64,000 nucleotides of DNA from assembly GCA_033720975.1 (NCBI GenBank), contig JAWWBL010000001.1, positions 8,611 through 72,610 on the forward strand. The letters are read 5' to 3'. This stretch comes from Acidimicrobiia bacterium. GTDB lineage: Bacteria; Actinomycetota; Acidimicrobiia; Spongiisociales; ZC4RG35. Position 1 is the first letter of the stretch; every line of letters starts with the position of its first letter. The translations under genes and the position numbers were made by a program. Positions 45,126 to 54,680 of the stretch are shown here, piece by piece. Below the pieces are notes generated by a model. That model worked only from the letters and a program-made list of their open reading frames with translations. It was not told the DNA's origin and did not search any database.

Positions 45126-46910
45126 ATGTCCGGCTACACCGCTCCTCTTGCCGACATGTCATTCGTCCTCAATCACGTGGCGAACCTGGAGGCAATCTCC
45201 AAGCTGAACGGCTTTCAGCATGCGGATCCAGCGACGGTCGACGCACTATTGGAGGAGGCCGGCCGCTTCTTCTCCGAGGTAATCGCCCCCCTCAACCGGA
45301 TCGGAGACGAAGTCGGGTCTGTCCTCGACGACGACGGTTCTGTGCGCACCCCCGACGGGTTCAAGGATGCCTACAAGATGTACGTCGAATCTGGATGGGC
45401 CGGAGCACACATGCCCGCCGAGTGGGGTGGCGGCGGCCTTCCCTACATCGTGGGTGTTGCCCTCAACGAGATGTTCAAGTCGGCCAACCTCGCCTTCTCC
45501 CTCTGTCCGATGCTGACCCACGGCAGCGTCGAGGCGCTGAAGCACCACGGCGACGACGCGTTGGTCTCCACCTACGCCGAGAAGCTGACAGTCGGCGAAT
45601 GGACAGGGACGATGCACCTGACCGAACCCCAGGCGGGGTCCGACGTCGGGGCCCTCCGCACTCGAGCCGTCCCCAAAGAGGACGGCACATACCGCCTGTT
45701 CGGAACAAAGATCTTCATCACATGGGGCGACCACGACCTCGCCGGAAACATCATCCACTTCGTTCTCGCCCGGACGCCGGACGCCCCGCCGGGCACCCGC
45801 GGGATCTCAATGTTCGTGGTCCCCAAGTTCGTGCCCGACGCCAACGGCGAGCCCGGTGAGCGCAATGACTACACGATCGTGTCACTCGAGCACAAGTTGG
45901 GCATTCATGCCTCTCCGACGTGCGTGATCTCCTTCGGCGACGGGGGCGAGGGAGCCGTTGGCTACCTCATCGGCGATGAGATGGAGGGGATGCGCAACAT
46001 GTTCACCATGATGAACGCGGCGCGGATCGGTGTAGGGGAAGAAGGCCTGGCTATATCCGAGCGCGCCCTTCAACAAGCCCTCCGGTACGCCCACGAGCGA
46101 ATCCAGGGGAGGCCGGTAGGCGCCTCGGCGAAAGAGAGCGTCTCCATTGTGGAGCACCCCGACGTCCGTCGGATGCTGCTGACGATGAAGGCCTACACCG
46201 AGGCGATGAGGGCCCTCGTGTATGTAACCGCCCAAGAAGGAGACCTCGCTGCACACGGGGAAAGCGATGAGATACGGTCGCGGGCGGGAGAGAGGCTCTC
46301 ACTCCTCACACCCGTCGTGAAGGCCTGGTGTACCGACCTCGGAGTCGAGATGGCCTCGCTGGGTATCCAGGTCCATGGCGGCATGGGATATGTAGAGGAA
46401 ACCGGCGCCGCCCAGCATCTACGCGACTCGCGGATCGCCCCCATCTACGAGGGGACCAACGGGATACAAGCGATCGATCTCGTACTGCGGAAGCTGACGC
46501 TCAGGGACGGGGCGGTCATTGAGGAGCTGATCACCGACATGACCGAGGCCCTTTCCGACATGAACGACCATGAGCAGCTGGCACTATTCCGCGATCAGTT
46601 GACGACAGCAGTTCAAGGGCTGGCCGACACATCCGGTTGGCTCATTGGGCAGATTGCCGAGGGCCACACCAATGACGCATTAGCTGGGGCAACACCATTC
46701 CTGACCCAACTCGGCACCGTCGCCGGGGGCTGGTTGATGGCCAAGGCTGCCGTGGCCGCATTGAGACAACCGGCCAACGTCGACCCGGGCTTCCTCGCCG
46801 ACAAGATCACCACCGCAAGGTTCTACGGCGAGCATCTTCTTCCCAAGGCAAACGGGCTCGTTCCCACCATCAAGGCCGGATACACGCTCCTCGCCGAGTC
46901 CCGGCTCTGA
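45126..46910 (+). CDS. Acyl-CoA dehydrogenase (long, ~600-aa FadE type)
   Basis: ACAD middle and C-terminal domains (TEPQAGSDVG, GIQVHGGMGYVEETG), with an extended N- and C-terminus. Confidence 0.9.
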   Translation: MSGYTAPLADMSFVLNHVANLEAISKLNGFQHADPATVDALLEEAGRFFSEVIAPLNRIGDEVGSVLDDDGSVRTPDGFKDAYKMYVESGWAGAHMPAEWGGGGLPYIVGVALNEMFKSANLAFSLCPMLTHGSVEALKHHGDDALVSTYAEKLTVGEWTGTMHLTEPQAGSDVGALRTRAVPKEDGTYRLFGTKIFITWGDHDLAGNIIHFVLARTPDAPPGTRGISMFVVPKFVPDANGEPGERNDYTIVSLEHKLGIHASPTCVISFGDGGEGAVGYLIGDEMEGMRNMFTMMNAARIGVGEEGLAISERALQQALRYAHERIQGRPVGASAKESVSIVEHPDVRRMLLTMKAYTEAMRALVYVTAQEGDLAAHGESDEIRSRAGERLSLLTPVVKAWCTDLGVEMASLGIQVHGGMGYVEETGAAQHLRDSRIAPIYEGTNGIQAIDLVLRKLTLRDGAVIEELITDMTEALSDMNDHEQLALFRDQLTTAVQGLADTSGWLIGQIAEGHTNDALAGATPFLTQLGTVAGGWLMAKAAVAALRQPANVDPGFLADKITTARFYGEHLLPKANGLVPTIKAGYTLLAESRL

Positions 46911-46913
46911 GGC

Positions 46914-47696
46914 ATGCGCCTCGCCGACAAGACAATCGTCATCACGGGCGCGGGCTCCGGAATCGGAGCGGCGCTGGCAAACAGATTCGCTGCCGAGTCT
47001 CCGCGGGGCCTCATCCTGGCCGACCTCAACCTCGAGGCGGTCACCGAAGTGGCCGAACAGGTCGGAGGCGTGCCTTTCGAGGCCGACGTCTCCTCCTCGG
47101 AGGCAAACGCCGAACTGATCGGGCTTGCGGAGAATCGGTTTGGGCCCGTCGACCTCTTCTGTGCCAACGCCGGATACGGCGCGGTGGGAGACGAACAGAG
47201 CCCCACCGAGGACTGGGACCGCATGTGGCATGTGAATTTCATGTCCCACGTCCATGCGGCACGCCATCTGATTCCAGGTTGGGTCGAGCGCGGTGACGGG
47301 TACCTGCTGGTCACAGCCTCCGCTGCCGGCCTACTCACCAACCTCCGAGCCGCCCAATACTCGGTGACCAAGCACGCTGCGGTTGCCTTCGCCGAGTGGC
47401 TGGCAGTGACATACGGCGACGCAGGAGTGAAGGTGAGCTGTCTCTGTCCTCAATTCGTCAACACAGCGCTGGTCGAGGGCGCGGACGAGTTCGAGCTCCT
47501 GGCCCAACTCGCCCCGTTGCTCGAGCCGGAGGAGGTCGCCGAGTCCGTCGTGGCCGGGCTCGATGCCGAGGAGTTTCTGATCCTTCCCCATCCCGAGGTG
47601 GCTCAGTACTTCAAGAACAAAGCAAATGACTACGACCGATGGATCGGCGGGATGCGCAAGTTGCAGCGCAATCTTTTCCCCCCATCCGCGGAATAG
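46914..47696 (+). CDS. SDR-family oxidoreductase
   Basis: ITGAGSGIGAALA and NAG motifs, then a catalytic YSVTKHA region. Confidence 0.8.
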   Translation: MRLADKTIVITGAGSGIGAALANRFAAESPRGLILADLNLEAVTEVAEQVGGVPFEADVSSSEANAELIGLAENRFGPVDLFCANAGYGAVGDEQSPTEDWDRMWHVNFMSHVHAARHLIPGWVERGDGYLLVTASAAGLLTNLRAAQYSVTKHAAVAFAEWLAVTYGDAGVKVSCLCPQFVNTALVEGADEFELLAQLAPLLEPEEVAESVVAGLDAEEFLILPHPEVAQYFKNKANDYDRWIGGMRKLQRNLFPPSAE

Positions 47697-47711
47697 GGCA
47701 GAATTGGGGTC

Positions 47712-48875
47712 ATGAGCAAGAGACGGGTCGTCGTAACCGGCGTTGGAGTGGTGGCAGCACCAGGCATCGGCATGGACGATCTTTGGAAAGGGCTTCAGCG
47801 GGAGCCCGGTCCCGCCCCACGGCTCATAGAGGACTGGGATCCGGAGCCGTGGATCCCCAAGCGGGAGTCCCGGCGTTTGGACAAGTTCACCCAGTTTGCG
47901 TTGGTTGCAACCCAGGAGGCTTTCAGCCAATCGGGCATCCCCGATGTCGACCCCAATCGCGTGACAGTCTCGGTGGCAACCGGAATTGGCGGGTTGGAGG
48001 CGCTCGAGGACCTTGTGCACGCCTCCGATGAGGATTCGCCGCGGGTTTCCCCGTTCCAGATCCCCATGATGATGGCCAACGCCGCGGCAGCCGCGATCTC
48101 AATCAAGTACGGATTTGGCGGTCAGGTGTCGACACCGGTCGTGGCCTGCGCCGCAGGATCGCAGTCGGTCCTCGATGGTCTTCGTCAGCTGCAGTGGGGA
48201 TACGCCGACGTCGCCGTCGTGGGGGGGAGCGAAGCCGCAGCGCGGCGCCCCGCCAGGGAGGGATTCAAGGCGGCACGGGCTCTCTCCACTTCCGGGTACG
48301 CCAGACCGTTTGATGTCGATCGCGACGGGTTTGTCATGGGGGAAGGCGCCGCCATGCTCGTTCTCGAGGCAGAAGAAGCAGCTCAGGCGCGCGGGGCAAC
48401 GCCGCTGGCCGTCGTATTAGGCGCAGCATCCACCGCCGACGCGCACCACATCACGGCACCACATCCCGAAGGCGAAGGAGCGGAACGCGCCATGAGGCTC
48501 GCCATGGAAGACGCTGGCCTGCAGCCGTCTGATGTCGCCTACATCAATGCCCATGGCACCGGCACCGACCTCAACGACCGAACCGAGGGTCTGGTCATCA
48601 GCCGGATCTTCGGAGAATCGCAGCCCGCGGTCTCCTCTATCAAGGGAACGACCGGGCATGGCCTGGGGGCGTCGGGTTCGATCGAAGCAGCCGTTGTGGT
48701 TGAGGCAATCAGGCGCAAGGAACTGCCGCCGAACATCGGGCTGGTGAATCAGGATCCTGAGATCCCGCTCAACGACATCGTGCGGGAAGCGCGTCCATGG
48801 GAACCAGGGCCTGCTCTGTCCAACTCGTTCGGGTTCGGGGGGCACAACACGGTTCTCGCCATAGGGCCTGTCTGA
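47712..48875 (+). CDS. Beta-ketoacyl-[ACP] synthase II-like (KAS II / FabF family)
   Basis: RRVVVTGVGVVAAPG, active-site region VACAAGSQ, and a His pair (INAHGTGT, GHGLGASG). Confidence 0.85.
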   Translation: MSKRRVVVTGVGVVAAPGIGMDDLWKGLQREPGPAPRLIEDWDPEPWIPKRESRRLDKFTQFALVATQEAFSQSGIPDVDPNRVTVSVATGIGGLEALEDLVHASDEDSPRVSPFQIPMMMANAAAAAISIKYGFGGQVSTPVVACAAGSQSVLDGLRQLQWGYADVAVVGGSEAAARRPAREGFKAARALSTSGYARPFDVDRDGFVMGEGAAMLVLEAEEAAQARGATPLAVVLGAASTADAHHITAPHPEGEGAERAMRLAMEDAGLQPSDVAYINAHGTGTDLNDRTEGLVISRIFGESQPAVSSIKGTTGHGLGASGSIEAAVVVEAIRRKELPPNIGLVNQDPEIPLNDIVREARPWEPGPALSNSFGFGGHNTVLAIGPV

Positions 48876-48904
48876 GCAAAGCGGCTGCCCCTGTATGATT
48901 CAGT

Positions 48905-48998
48905 CCGACGGGAGCTCGGTGAGACCGGGCTGAGAGGGAGCCTCAAGGCTCCGACCGACAGAACCTGATACGGGTAATTCCGGCGCAGGGACCCAGGC
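48905..48998 (+). ncRNA. TPP (thiamine pyrophosphate) riboswitch, THI-box
   Basis: GCUGAGAGGGAGCCUCAAGGCUCC ... GAACCUGAUACGGGUAAUUCCGGCGCAGGGAC matches the THI-element consensus (CUGAGA; ACCUGAUCNGG..AAU.CCGGCGNAGGGA). Sits immediately upstream of the thiB RBS AGGAGGA. Confidence 0.85.
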
Positions 48999-49021
48999 TC
49001 ATCGCTCCCAAGGAGGAGAAG

Positions 49022-50062
49022 ATGAGACTGTCCAAACTCACCGCGATCGGGATCTCGGCGCTGGCATTGGCCATAGCTGCCTGCTCAGCCGAACAGGCTC
49101 CTGGCACCCTCACCCTGATCGCCCACGACTCTTTCGCCGACGGGGTGACCGAAGACACCTTCGCCGCATTCACAGAAGAGACCGGCATTCGAGTCGAGGT
49201 CCTGGCTGCCGGCGATGCCGGTTCGATGGTCAACCAAGCCGTGCTTTCAAAAGGAAATCCCCTTGCCGACGTCCTGTTCGGAGTCGACGACACCTACCTA
49301 TCTCGGGCTCTCGATGAGGAAATCTTCAGGGTGTACAGGTCCACTGAGGTCGACAAGGTTCATCCGGAGCTGGTCGACACCCAATATCGGGTCACGCCGA
49401 TCGACTACGGCGATGTCTGCATCAACTACGACACGGCATGGTTCGAGTCGACCTCGATCGCGGTTCCGGAGCGTCTGGAAAGTCTGCGTGCCGAGCTCTA
49501 CGCGAGCCACCTGAGCGTGGAGCACCCTGCAACCTCCTCGCCCGGACTGGCCTTCATGTTTGCGACCATTGCCGAATTTGGAGAGGAGGGATGGCTGGAT
49601 TTCTGGGCTGACCTGAGAGATGGCGGTGTTCGCGTGGCATCCGATTGGACTACTGCCTACTACACGGACTTCCTCACACATGGCGGCCCCTCCAGCATGG
49701 TGGTCTCCTACGCGTCCTCGCCGCCAGCCGAGGTGGTTTTCTCGGAGGAGCCGATCGACAGCCCTCCCACGGGTGTGATCGAGGCCGGGTGCTACCGGCA
49801 GGTCGAATATGCCGGGATCCTGGCCGGGACCCAATATCCGGCGGCGGCTGGGAAGCTGATCGACTTCATGCTCTCGCTCGAGTTCCAGGAGCAGATTCCT
49901 CTCTCCTGGTTCGTGTTCCCCGCCAACCAGGACGCCCAGCTCCCATCGGTGTTCGCCGAACACGTCGTGATACCCGACGATCCGGCGCGCCTGTCGCCGG
50001 CCTACATCGCGGAGAACCGGGACCGCTGGATCGATGAATGGATACAGGTGATGGAAGGCTGA
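49022..50062 (+). CDS. thiB: Thiamine ABC transporter substrate-binding lipoprotein
   Basis: Signal peptide/lipobox LAIAACS. Family-1 SBP with thiamine-binding-protein-like blocks (DVLFGVDDTYL). Context is the TPP riboswitch and a ThiP-like permease. Confidence 0.8.
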   Translation: MRLSKLTAIGISALALAIAACSAEQAPGTLTLIAHDSFADGVTEDTFAAFTEETGIRVEVLAAGDAGSMVNQAVLSKGNPLADVLFGVDDTYLSRALDEEIFRVYRSTEVDKVHPELVDTQYRVTPIDYGDVCINYDTAWFESTSIAVPERLESLRAELYASHLSVEHPATSSPGLAFMFATIAEFGEEGWLDFWADLRDGGVRVASDWTTAYYTDFLTHGGPSSMVVSYASSPPAEVVFSEEPIDSPPTGVIEAGCYRQVEYAGILAGTQYPAAAGKLIDFMLSLEFQEQIPLSWFVFPANQDAQLPSVFAEHVVIPDDPARLSPAYIAENRDRWIDEWIQVMEG

Positions 50063-51612
50063 GACGCTCGATACGGTGGGGTTGGGTGGGGGTCGCCACC
50101 GTCCCCGCGCTCTTCGTCGGCTACTTCTTTGCCTACCCGGTCGTCCGGATCCTCGATGTGGGCCTCTCCGAACTGAGCATCGGGGCCTCCGGGCTGCAGG
50201 CACGGCTGCTCAGGGTGGGGTGGTTCACCCTTTGGCAGGCGTCGCTGTCCACCGTCCTGACCCTTCTGGCGGCGACCCCACTCACCTGGGCTGTGTCCTC
50301 ATACGAGTTCAAGGGTCGTCGTCTCGCCACCGCTCTCGTAGCTGTCCCCTTCGTCCTCCCGACGGTGGTGGTCGGCACCGCGTTTCTGTCTCTCGGCTTC
50401 GTCCAATCGATCGGATCGATCCTCGCCGCCCACGTCTTTTTCAACGTGGCGGTCGTGGTGAGAACTGTCTCGTCAGTCTGGTCCAGGATCGACCCTCGGC
50501 TCATCGAAGCTGGCCGAGTCCTCGGCGCCGGCCCCTGGCAGACCTTTCGCCTTGTGACGCTGCCCTTGCTGCGGCCGGCAATCGCCGCGGCGTCTTCGAT
50601 CGTCTTCCTTTTCACATTTACGTCCTTTGGGGTAGTTCTGATCCTCGGTGGCTTCCGCTTCGCCACCTTGGAGGTCGAGATCTATCGGCAAGCCGTGAAC
50701 CTCTTCGACCTTCCTCTGGCTGCTTCGCTGGCGATAGTCCAACTGATCGGGGTCACCACCGCCCTCTACGTCTACTCCCGCTATCAGGAGTCGAGATCGG
50801 CGTCATGGGAAGTTGCCGGTGCCCGCCTCCTCCCAAGGCCTCGGGGAGCAATGAGATGGCTTGTCGGATCGGTGGTGATCGCCAGTCTTACCGTGCTCAT
50901 GGCCCCGTTGATCTCCCTCTTCTCTGACAGCCTGGGCCGAGGGTTCTACACGGGTCTGTTCGGGTCTGATGCGGTGGTCGGCAGCCCGATCGCGTCGGTC
51001 GGTAACAGTCTCCGATTCGCCGCCATCGCCACGCTCATTTCGACAATCGTTGGCCTGATGGCGGCTGCGGCGATATCCGCCCGCCGAGGAACCCTGTCCA
51101 AGTGGTTCGACATGCTCCTGATGCTTCCTCTGGGCACATCAGCGGTGACGATCGGTTTCGGATTCATTGTGGCACTCGATTGGCCTGTGGATCTGCGCGC
51201 ATCGTTCTGGCTGATACCAATCGCGCACGCATTGGTCGCCGTCCCGTTCGTGGTGAGGACAACGCTTCCCACCCTGCGGTCGATCCGCCAAGAGATGCGG
51301 GACGCGGCGGCAGTACTGGGGGCTTCCCCATGGAGGGTGTGGCGGCAGATCGACCTGCCCATCGTGAGTCGAGCAGCCATGGTCGGCTCCGGGTTCGCAT
51401 TTGTCGTCTCTCTCGGTGAGTTCGGAGCGACGTCGTTCGTCGCCCGTCCCAACATCCACACGGTGCCCACCATGATCTTCAGGCTGCTGGGACGTCCCGG
51501 CGAGGTGTCCTTCGGGATGGCCATGGCTCTCTCGGTTCTCCTCGCTGCGATCACCGCTGGTGTCGTCATGTGGCTGGACCGAGCTCGCGTGGGAGAGTTG
51601 GGGAGGTTCTGA
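50038..51612 (+). CDS. thiP: Thiamine ABC transporter permease (two fused permease domains)
   Basis: 12 TM helices. Two EAA-like permease signatures (EAGRVLGAGPWQTFRLVTLP; RDAAAVLGASPWRVWRQIDLP). Confidence 0.85.
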   Translation: MDTGDGRLRRSIRWGWVGVATVPALFVGYFFAYPVVRILDVGLSELSIGASGLQARLLRVGWFTLWQASLSTVLTLLAATPLTWAVSSYEFKGRRLATALVAVPFVLPTVVVGTAFLSLGFVQSIGSILAAHVFFNVAVVVRTVSSVWSRIDPRLIEAGRVLGAGPWQTFRLVTLPLLRPAIAAASSIVFLFTFTSFGVVLILGGFRFATLEVEIYRQAVNLFDLPLAASLAIVQLIGVTTALYVYSRYQESRSASWEVAGARLLPRPRGAMRWLVGSVVIASLTVLMAPLISLFSDSLGRGFYTGLFGSDAVVGSPIASVGNSLRFAAIATLISTIVGLMAAAAISARRGTLSKWFDMLLMLPLGTSAVTIGFGFIVALDWPVDLRASFWLIPIAHALVAVPFVVRTTLPTLRSIRQEMRDAAAVLGASPWRVWRQIDLPIVSRAAMVGSGFAFVVSLGEFGATSFVARPNIHTVPTMIFRLLGRPGEVSFGMAMALSVLLAAITAGVVMWLDRARVGELGRF

Positions 51613-52307
51613 TGCTCGAAATCGACCAGATCGACGTCTCCATCGAGGACACACCAATACTCCGTCAGGCCGACCTGACGGTCGGGAACGGTGAGGTCGT
51701 GGGACTACTGGGACCATCTGGATCGGGGAAGTCGACACTGCTGAGGGCGGTGGCGGGTCTCGTCGACGTGGCGTCGGGTGACATCCGCTGGGATGGCGCA
51801 TCGCTCCTCGATGTGCCTACCCACCGTCGTGGGCTCGGACTCATGTTCCAGGGGTACGCACTTTTCCCTCATCTGGATGTGGCACAAAACGTGGGGTTCG
51901 GGCTGCGCATGCAACGGAACGCGACTCCCGGCCCCCTGATATCCGAGGCTCTCGAGATGGTCGGGCTGGCGGGCTACGAGAATCGAGAGGTCGACTCGCT
52001 CTCGGGCGGGGAGAAACAGCGCGTGGCCCTCGCCCGGACTCTCGCCCCGCAGCCCCGATTCGTGATGCTCGACGAGCCCCTCGGAGCCCTGGACCGAAAC
52101 CTGCGGAGGATGCTGATGACCGAGATGAGGGAGATACTCACCGAGCGAGAGGTCACCGGGATCGTCGTCACCCATGATCGGGACGAGGCGGTTGCCATGG
52201 CCGACCGTTTAGCCCTCATGAGGGAAGGGACCATTGTTCAGACCGGCACTCTGTCAGAGATCCTGGACCGTCCGGCGAACGACTGGGTCCGCGCCTTCGT
52301 CTCCTGA
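51612..52307 (+). CDS. thiQ: ABC transporter ATP-binding protein (thiamine importer ATPase)
   Basis: Walker A GPSGSGKST, signature LSGGEKQRVALAR and Walker B FVMLDEP. Start at the ATG 51612, preceded by GGGAGG. Confidence 0.85.
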   Translation: MLEIDQIDVSIEDTPILRQADLTVGNGEVVGLLGPSGSGKSTLLRAVAGLVDVASGDIRWDGASLLDVPTHRRGLGLMFQGYALFPHLDVAQNVGFGLRMQRNATPGPLISEALEMVGLAGYENREVDSLSGGEKQRVALARTLAPQPRFVMLDEPLGALDRNLRRMLMTEMREILTEREVTGIVVTHDRDEAVAMADRLALMREGTIVQTGTLSEILDRPANDWVRAFVS

Positions 52308-52310
52308 TCG

Positions 52311-52365
52311 CAAACCTCAGGTAGGTAGCGCCCTATACGGGCGCTACCGGTCTCAAGAATGCCGA
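52311..52365. repeat. 55-nt intergenic hairpin element, copy 2; probable bidirectional terminator
   Basis: Immediately follows the thiQ stop, between convergent genes. Same CAAACCTCAGGTAGGTAGCGCCCTATACGGGCGCTA..GTCTCAAGAA sequence as copy 1. Confidence 0.7.
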
Positions 52366-52434
52366 GATGGCCCCCGAAATTCGGGGGCCATCTCCACCTG
52401 GGCGGTGCGGGGAGGAGGAAGTGAGAGGGACCGC

Positions 52435-53091
52435 CTAGGAATCCATCGACTCCTTGTACTGCTGGAAGAGCTCACGCAACTCGGGTGGGGTGATCAGGCC
52501 ATCATCGAGAGCATCGCCGATGTCCATCTGCTTCAACGGATGTTCATCTGGGATGGCGTCGTACTCGTCCTGGTCGATTCCCCCGTCGTCCATCAGCATT
52601 CCGAACCTGGCCCCGTGCCGAAAAGCGTTTCGCCGAGGATGTTGCCGCTCTGCCCTCACCTCTTCGAGTGTGAGGACGCCGTCTTCCCATGCTTCCTCGA
52701 AGCGCTCGGAGAGCAACCAATTGCCCTCGGGGAGTATCTCGGCTTCCTCCAAGGTCATCTCGCCGTCCTCGAAAGCCTCCTCGATGGCCGCCCGGAGCGC
52801 TTCTCGCTCGGCCTTGGCTTCGGCGATGGCCTCCTCAACTGCGGCCAGCACCGTGTCGGCGTCTTCCTGGTTGATCTCGCCCTCGCTCACCAGATCGGCG
52901 AGGACCCCGCTTAGAAAGGCCAGTCCTCGACCGGCGTGGCTGACCTCATCTGTCTCCTGGGCAATAGCCGCACTCGGCGACGAGATCAAAGCGGTGGCGA
53001 ATCCCGCTCCAACGAGAATCGCGCCCGCTGCCAGGGAAGCGATGATCTTGTTTCGCATTTTCGAACTCCTTGGTCTTGTTGTCATGACCAA
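52435..53091 (-). CDS. Hypothetical secreted/membrane-anchored acidic protein
   Basis: N-terminal TM/signal segment IIASLAAGAILVGAGFATALI, then an Asp/Glu-rich helical region. The true start is probably the internal Met at 53058. Confidence 0.5.
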   Translation of the reverse strand: MVMTTRPRSSKMRNKIIASLAAGAILVGAGFATALISSPSAAIAQETDEVSHAGRGLAFLSGVLADLVSEGEINQEDADTVLAAVEEAIAEAKAEREALRAAIEEAFEDGEMTLEEAEILPEGNWLLSERFEEAWEDGVLTLEEVRAERQHPRRNAFRHGARFGMLMDDGGIDQDEYDAIPDEHPLKQMDIGDALDDGLITPPELRELFQQYKESMDS

Positions 53092-53189
53092 TGTCGCCCT
53101 GGCTTGTTAAGAGGCGGTGAGGCAGAAGTTCGGGGTTGGGGCACTTTCTCGGGCTGGTCCGACTAGGCGTGGCACGGAGAATCGGAGAA

Positions 53190-53531
53190 TCAGGGGCGGA
53201 GCTGGTCGATCCGCGCCGCGAACTCGGGCGGGATTCGACGCGGCTTGCCGTCCAGATCAGTGAACGCTGCCGAGATGGTCAACTGGGCGACCCGCTCGTC
53301 TCCTCTGAGCATCAGCTGCTTCCAGGTCGACTTGACGCGGCCCGCCTCGTGAACCCAGGTGTGAATGGTCAGCTCCTCTCCGTACCGTGCAGCAGCCAGG
53401 AACCGAGCATTGGCCTCGACCACGACGAACTGCCATCCCCGCTCCTTGAGGACGTCCAACCCCCAACCCATGTCCGCCAAATACTCGATACGGGCCGTCT
53501 CGAAGTAGGAGAAGTAGTTGGTGTGGTTCAC
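53190..53531 (-). CDS. Acyl-CoA thioesterase, 4HBT/YbgC hot-dog family (start uncertain)
   Basis: YFSYFETARIEYL ... ELTIHTWV hot-dog motifs. The conserved N-terminal strand (HTTRLKVRFYELDPYDH) is encoded upstream of the GTG at 53531. It is bounded by a stop at about 53612 and has no ATG/GTG/TTG. Confidence 0.6.
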   Translation of the reverse strand: MNHTNYFSYFETARIEYLADMGWGLDVLKERGWQFVVVEANARFLAAARYGEELTIHTWVHEAGRVKSTWKQLMLRGDERVAQLTISAAFTDLDGKPRRIPPEFAARIDQLRP

Positions 53532-53669
53532 ATGGTCGTAAGGGTCCAGCTCGTAGAACCGGACCTTGAGCCGGGTCGTGTGGACGTCCCGATCAGTGGG
53601 CAGCTCGAGGGTCAGGCTTCACTCCTCAGGTGGAAGGCCGGTGAGGCTACCCCAGCTACTCTCGCCGAT

Positions 53670-54680
53670 ATGAAGGCGTGGCAGCTGACCGACACCAACG
53701 GCATCGACTCCTACGTGCTCAATGACGTGCCCGAGCCCGAACCCGGGCCGGGGGAGGTGAGGGTTGACATCAAGACCGCTGGGCTCAACCACCTCGACAT
53801 CTGGGTGTCGATGGGTCTCCCCGCACCCGAGCACCTTCCACACACCACGGGGGCTGACGCCGCGGGGACCATCGACGCCATTGGCGAGGGTGTCGACGGA
53901 TTCGAGATCGGCGACGAGGTGATAGTCGATCCCTCTCTGTCGTGCGGACGCTGCGAATTCTGTCTCAATGACGACATCGTCTACTGCGAGGACTTCGGGA
54001 TTCTCGGTGAGCACGCCCCGGGAACCTTCACAGAGAAGATCGTGATCCCCACGATCAACGCTGTCAGGAAACCGAAGAGGGTCGAATGGGAGGAAGCCGG
54101 AAGCTTTGGGCTGGCCAATGTCACCGCTCTGCGGAAGCTCGAGAAGGCAAGGCTGAGCAGAGGCGAGGTGGTGCTCGTGGTTGGGATCGGTGGAGGAGTC
54201 GCCACCGCCTCGATGCAACTGGCGATGGCGTTCGGAGCCAAGGTCTACGTCACCTCCCGATCCCAGAAGAAGATCGACTGGGCCGTTGAGAACGGCGCGG
54301 CGGGCGGATTCGACTCGGCCGGCGAGTTCGGCAAAGAGATGGCTGCTCTGGGTGGAGCGGACCTCATCATGGAGAACGTCGGGCCAGCCACCCTCAAGCA
54401 GTCGATGCGGGCTGCCAAGAAGGGGGGACGCATCGCCATCTCAGGTGGGACCAGCGGATCGAGATTCGAGCTCACCATCCCGATCCTGTTCTTCCGCCAA
54501 CTGGAGCTCGTGGGATCGTCCATGGGCAACCATGCCCAGTTCGCCAGGGCCCTCAACTGGATCAGGCTTGGCAAGGCCAAGGCAATAGTCGACCGCGTGT
54601 TCCCCTTCGACCAGCTACCCGAGGCGCTTCGTTATCTGGACTCGGGCGAGCAGATCGGAAAGGTCGTCCTAGCCCGCTAG
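53670..54680 (+). CDS. Zinc-binding alcohol dehydrogenase / quinone oxidoreductase (MDR superfamily)
   Basis: MKAWQL start, GEVRVDIKTAGLNHLD, structural-zinc Cys cluster CGRCEFC, and the Rossmann motif VVLVVGIGGGVATAS. The track ORF beginning at 53136 is a spurious extension overlapping the thioesterase. Confidence 0.8.
   Translation: MKAWQLTDTNGIDSYVLNDVPEPEPGPGEVRVDIKTAGLNHLDIWVSMGLPAPEHLPHTTGADAAGTIDAIGEGVDGFEIGDEVIVDPSLSCGRCEFCLNDDIVYCEDFGILGEHAPGTFTEKIVIPTINAVRKPKRVEWEEAGSFGLANVTALRKLEKARLSRGEVVLVVGIGGGVATASMQLAMAFGAKVYVTSRSQKKIDWAVENGAAGGFDSAGEFGKEMAALGGADLIMENVGPATLKQSMRAAKKGGRIAISGGTSGSRFELTIPILFFRQLELVGSSMGNHAQFARALNWIRLGKAKAIVDRVFPFDQLPEALRYLDSGEQIGKVVLAR

Noticed and set aside
53136-54680. 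514-aa plus-strand ORF in the track
   Set aside because: Its first ~178 codons overlap the opposite-strand hot-dog thioesterase and have no protein-like motifs. The genuine MDR oxidoreductase begins at MKAWQL (ATG 53670).
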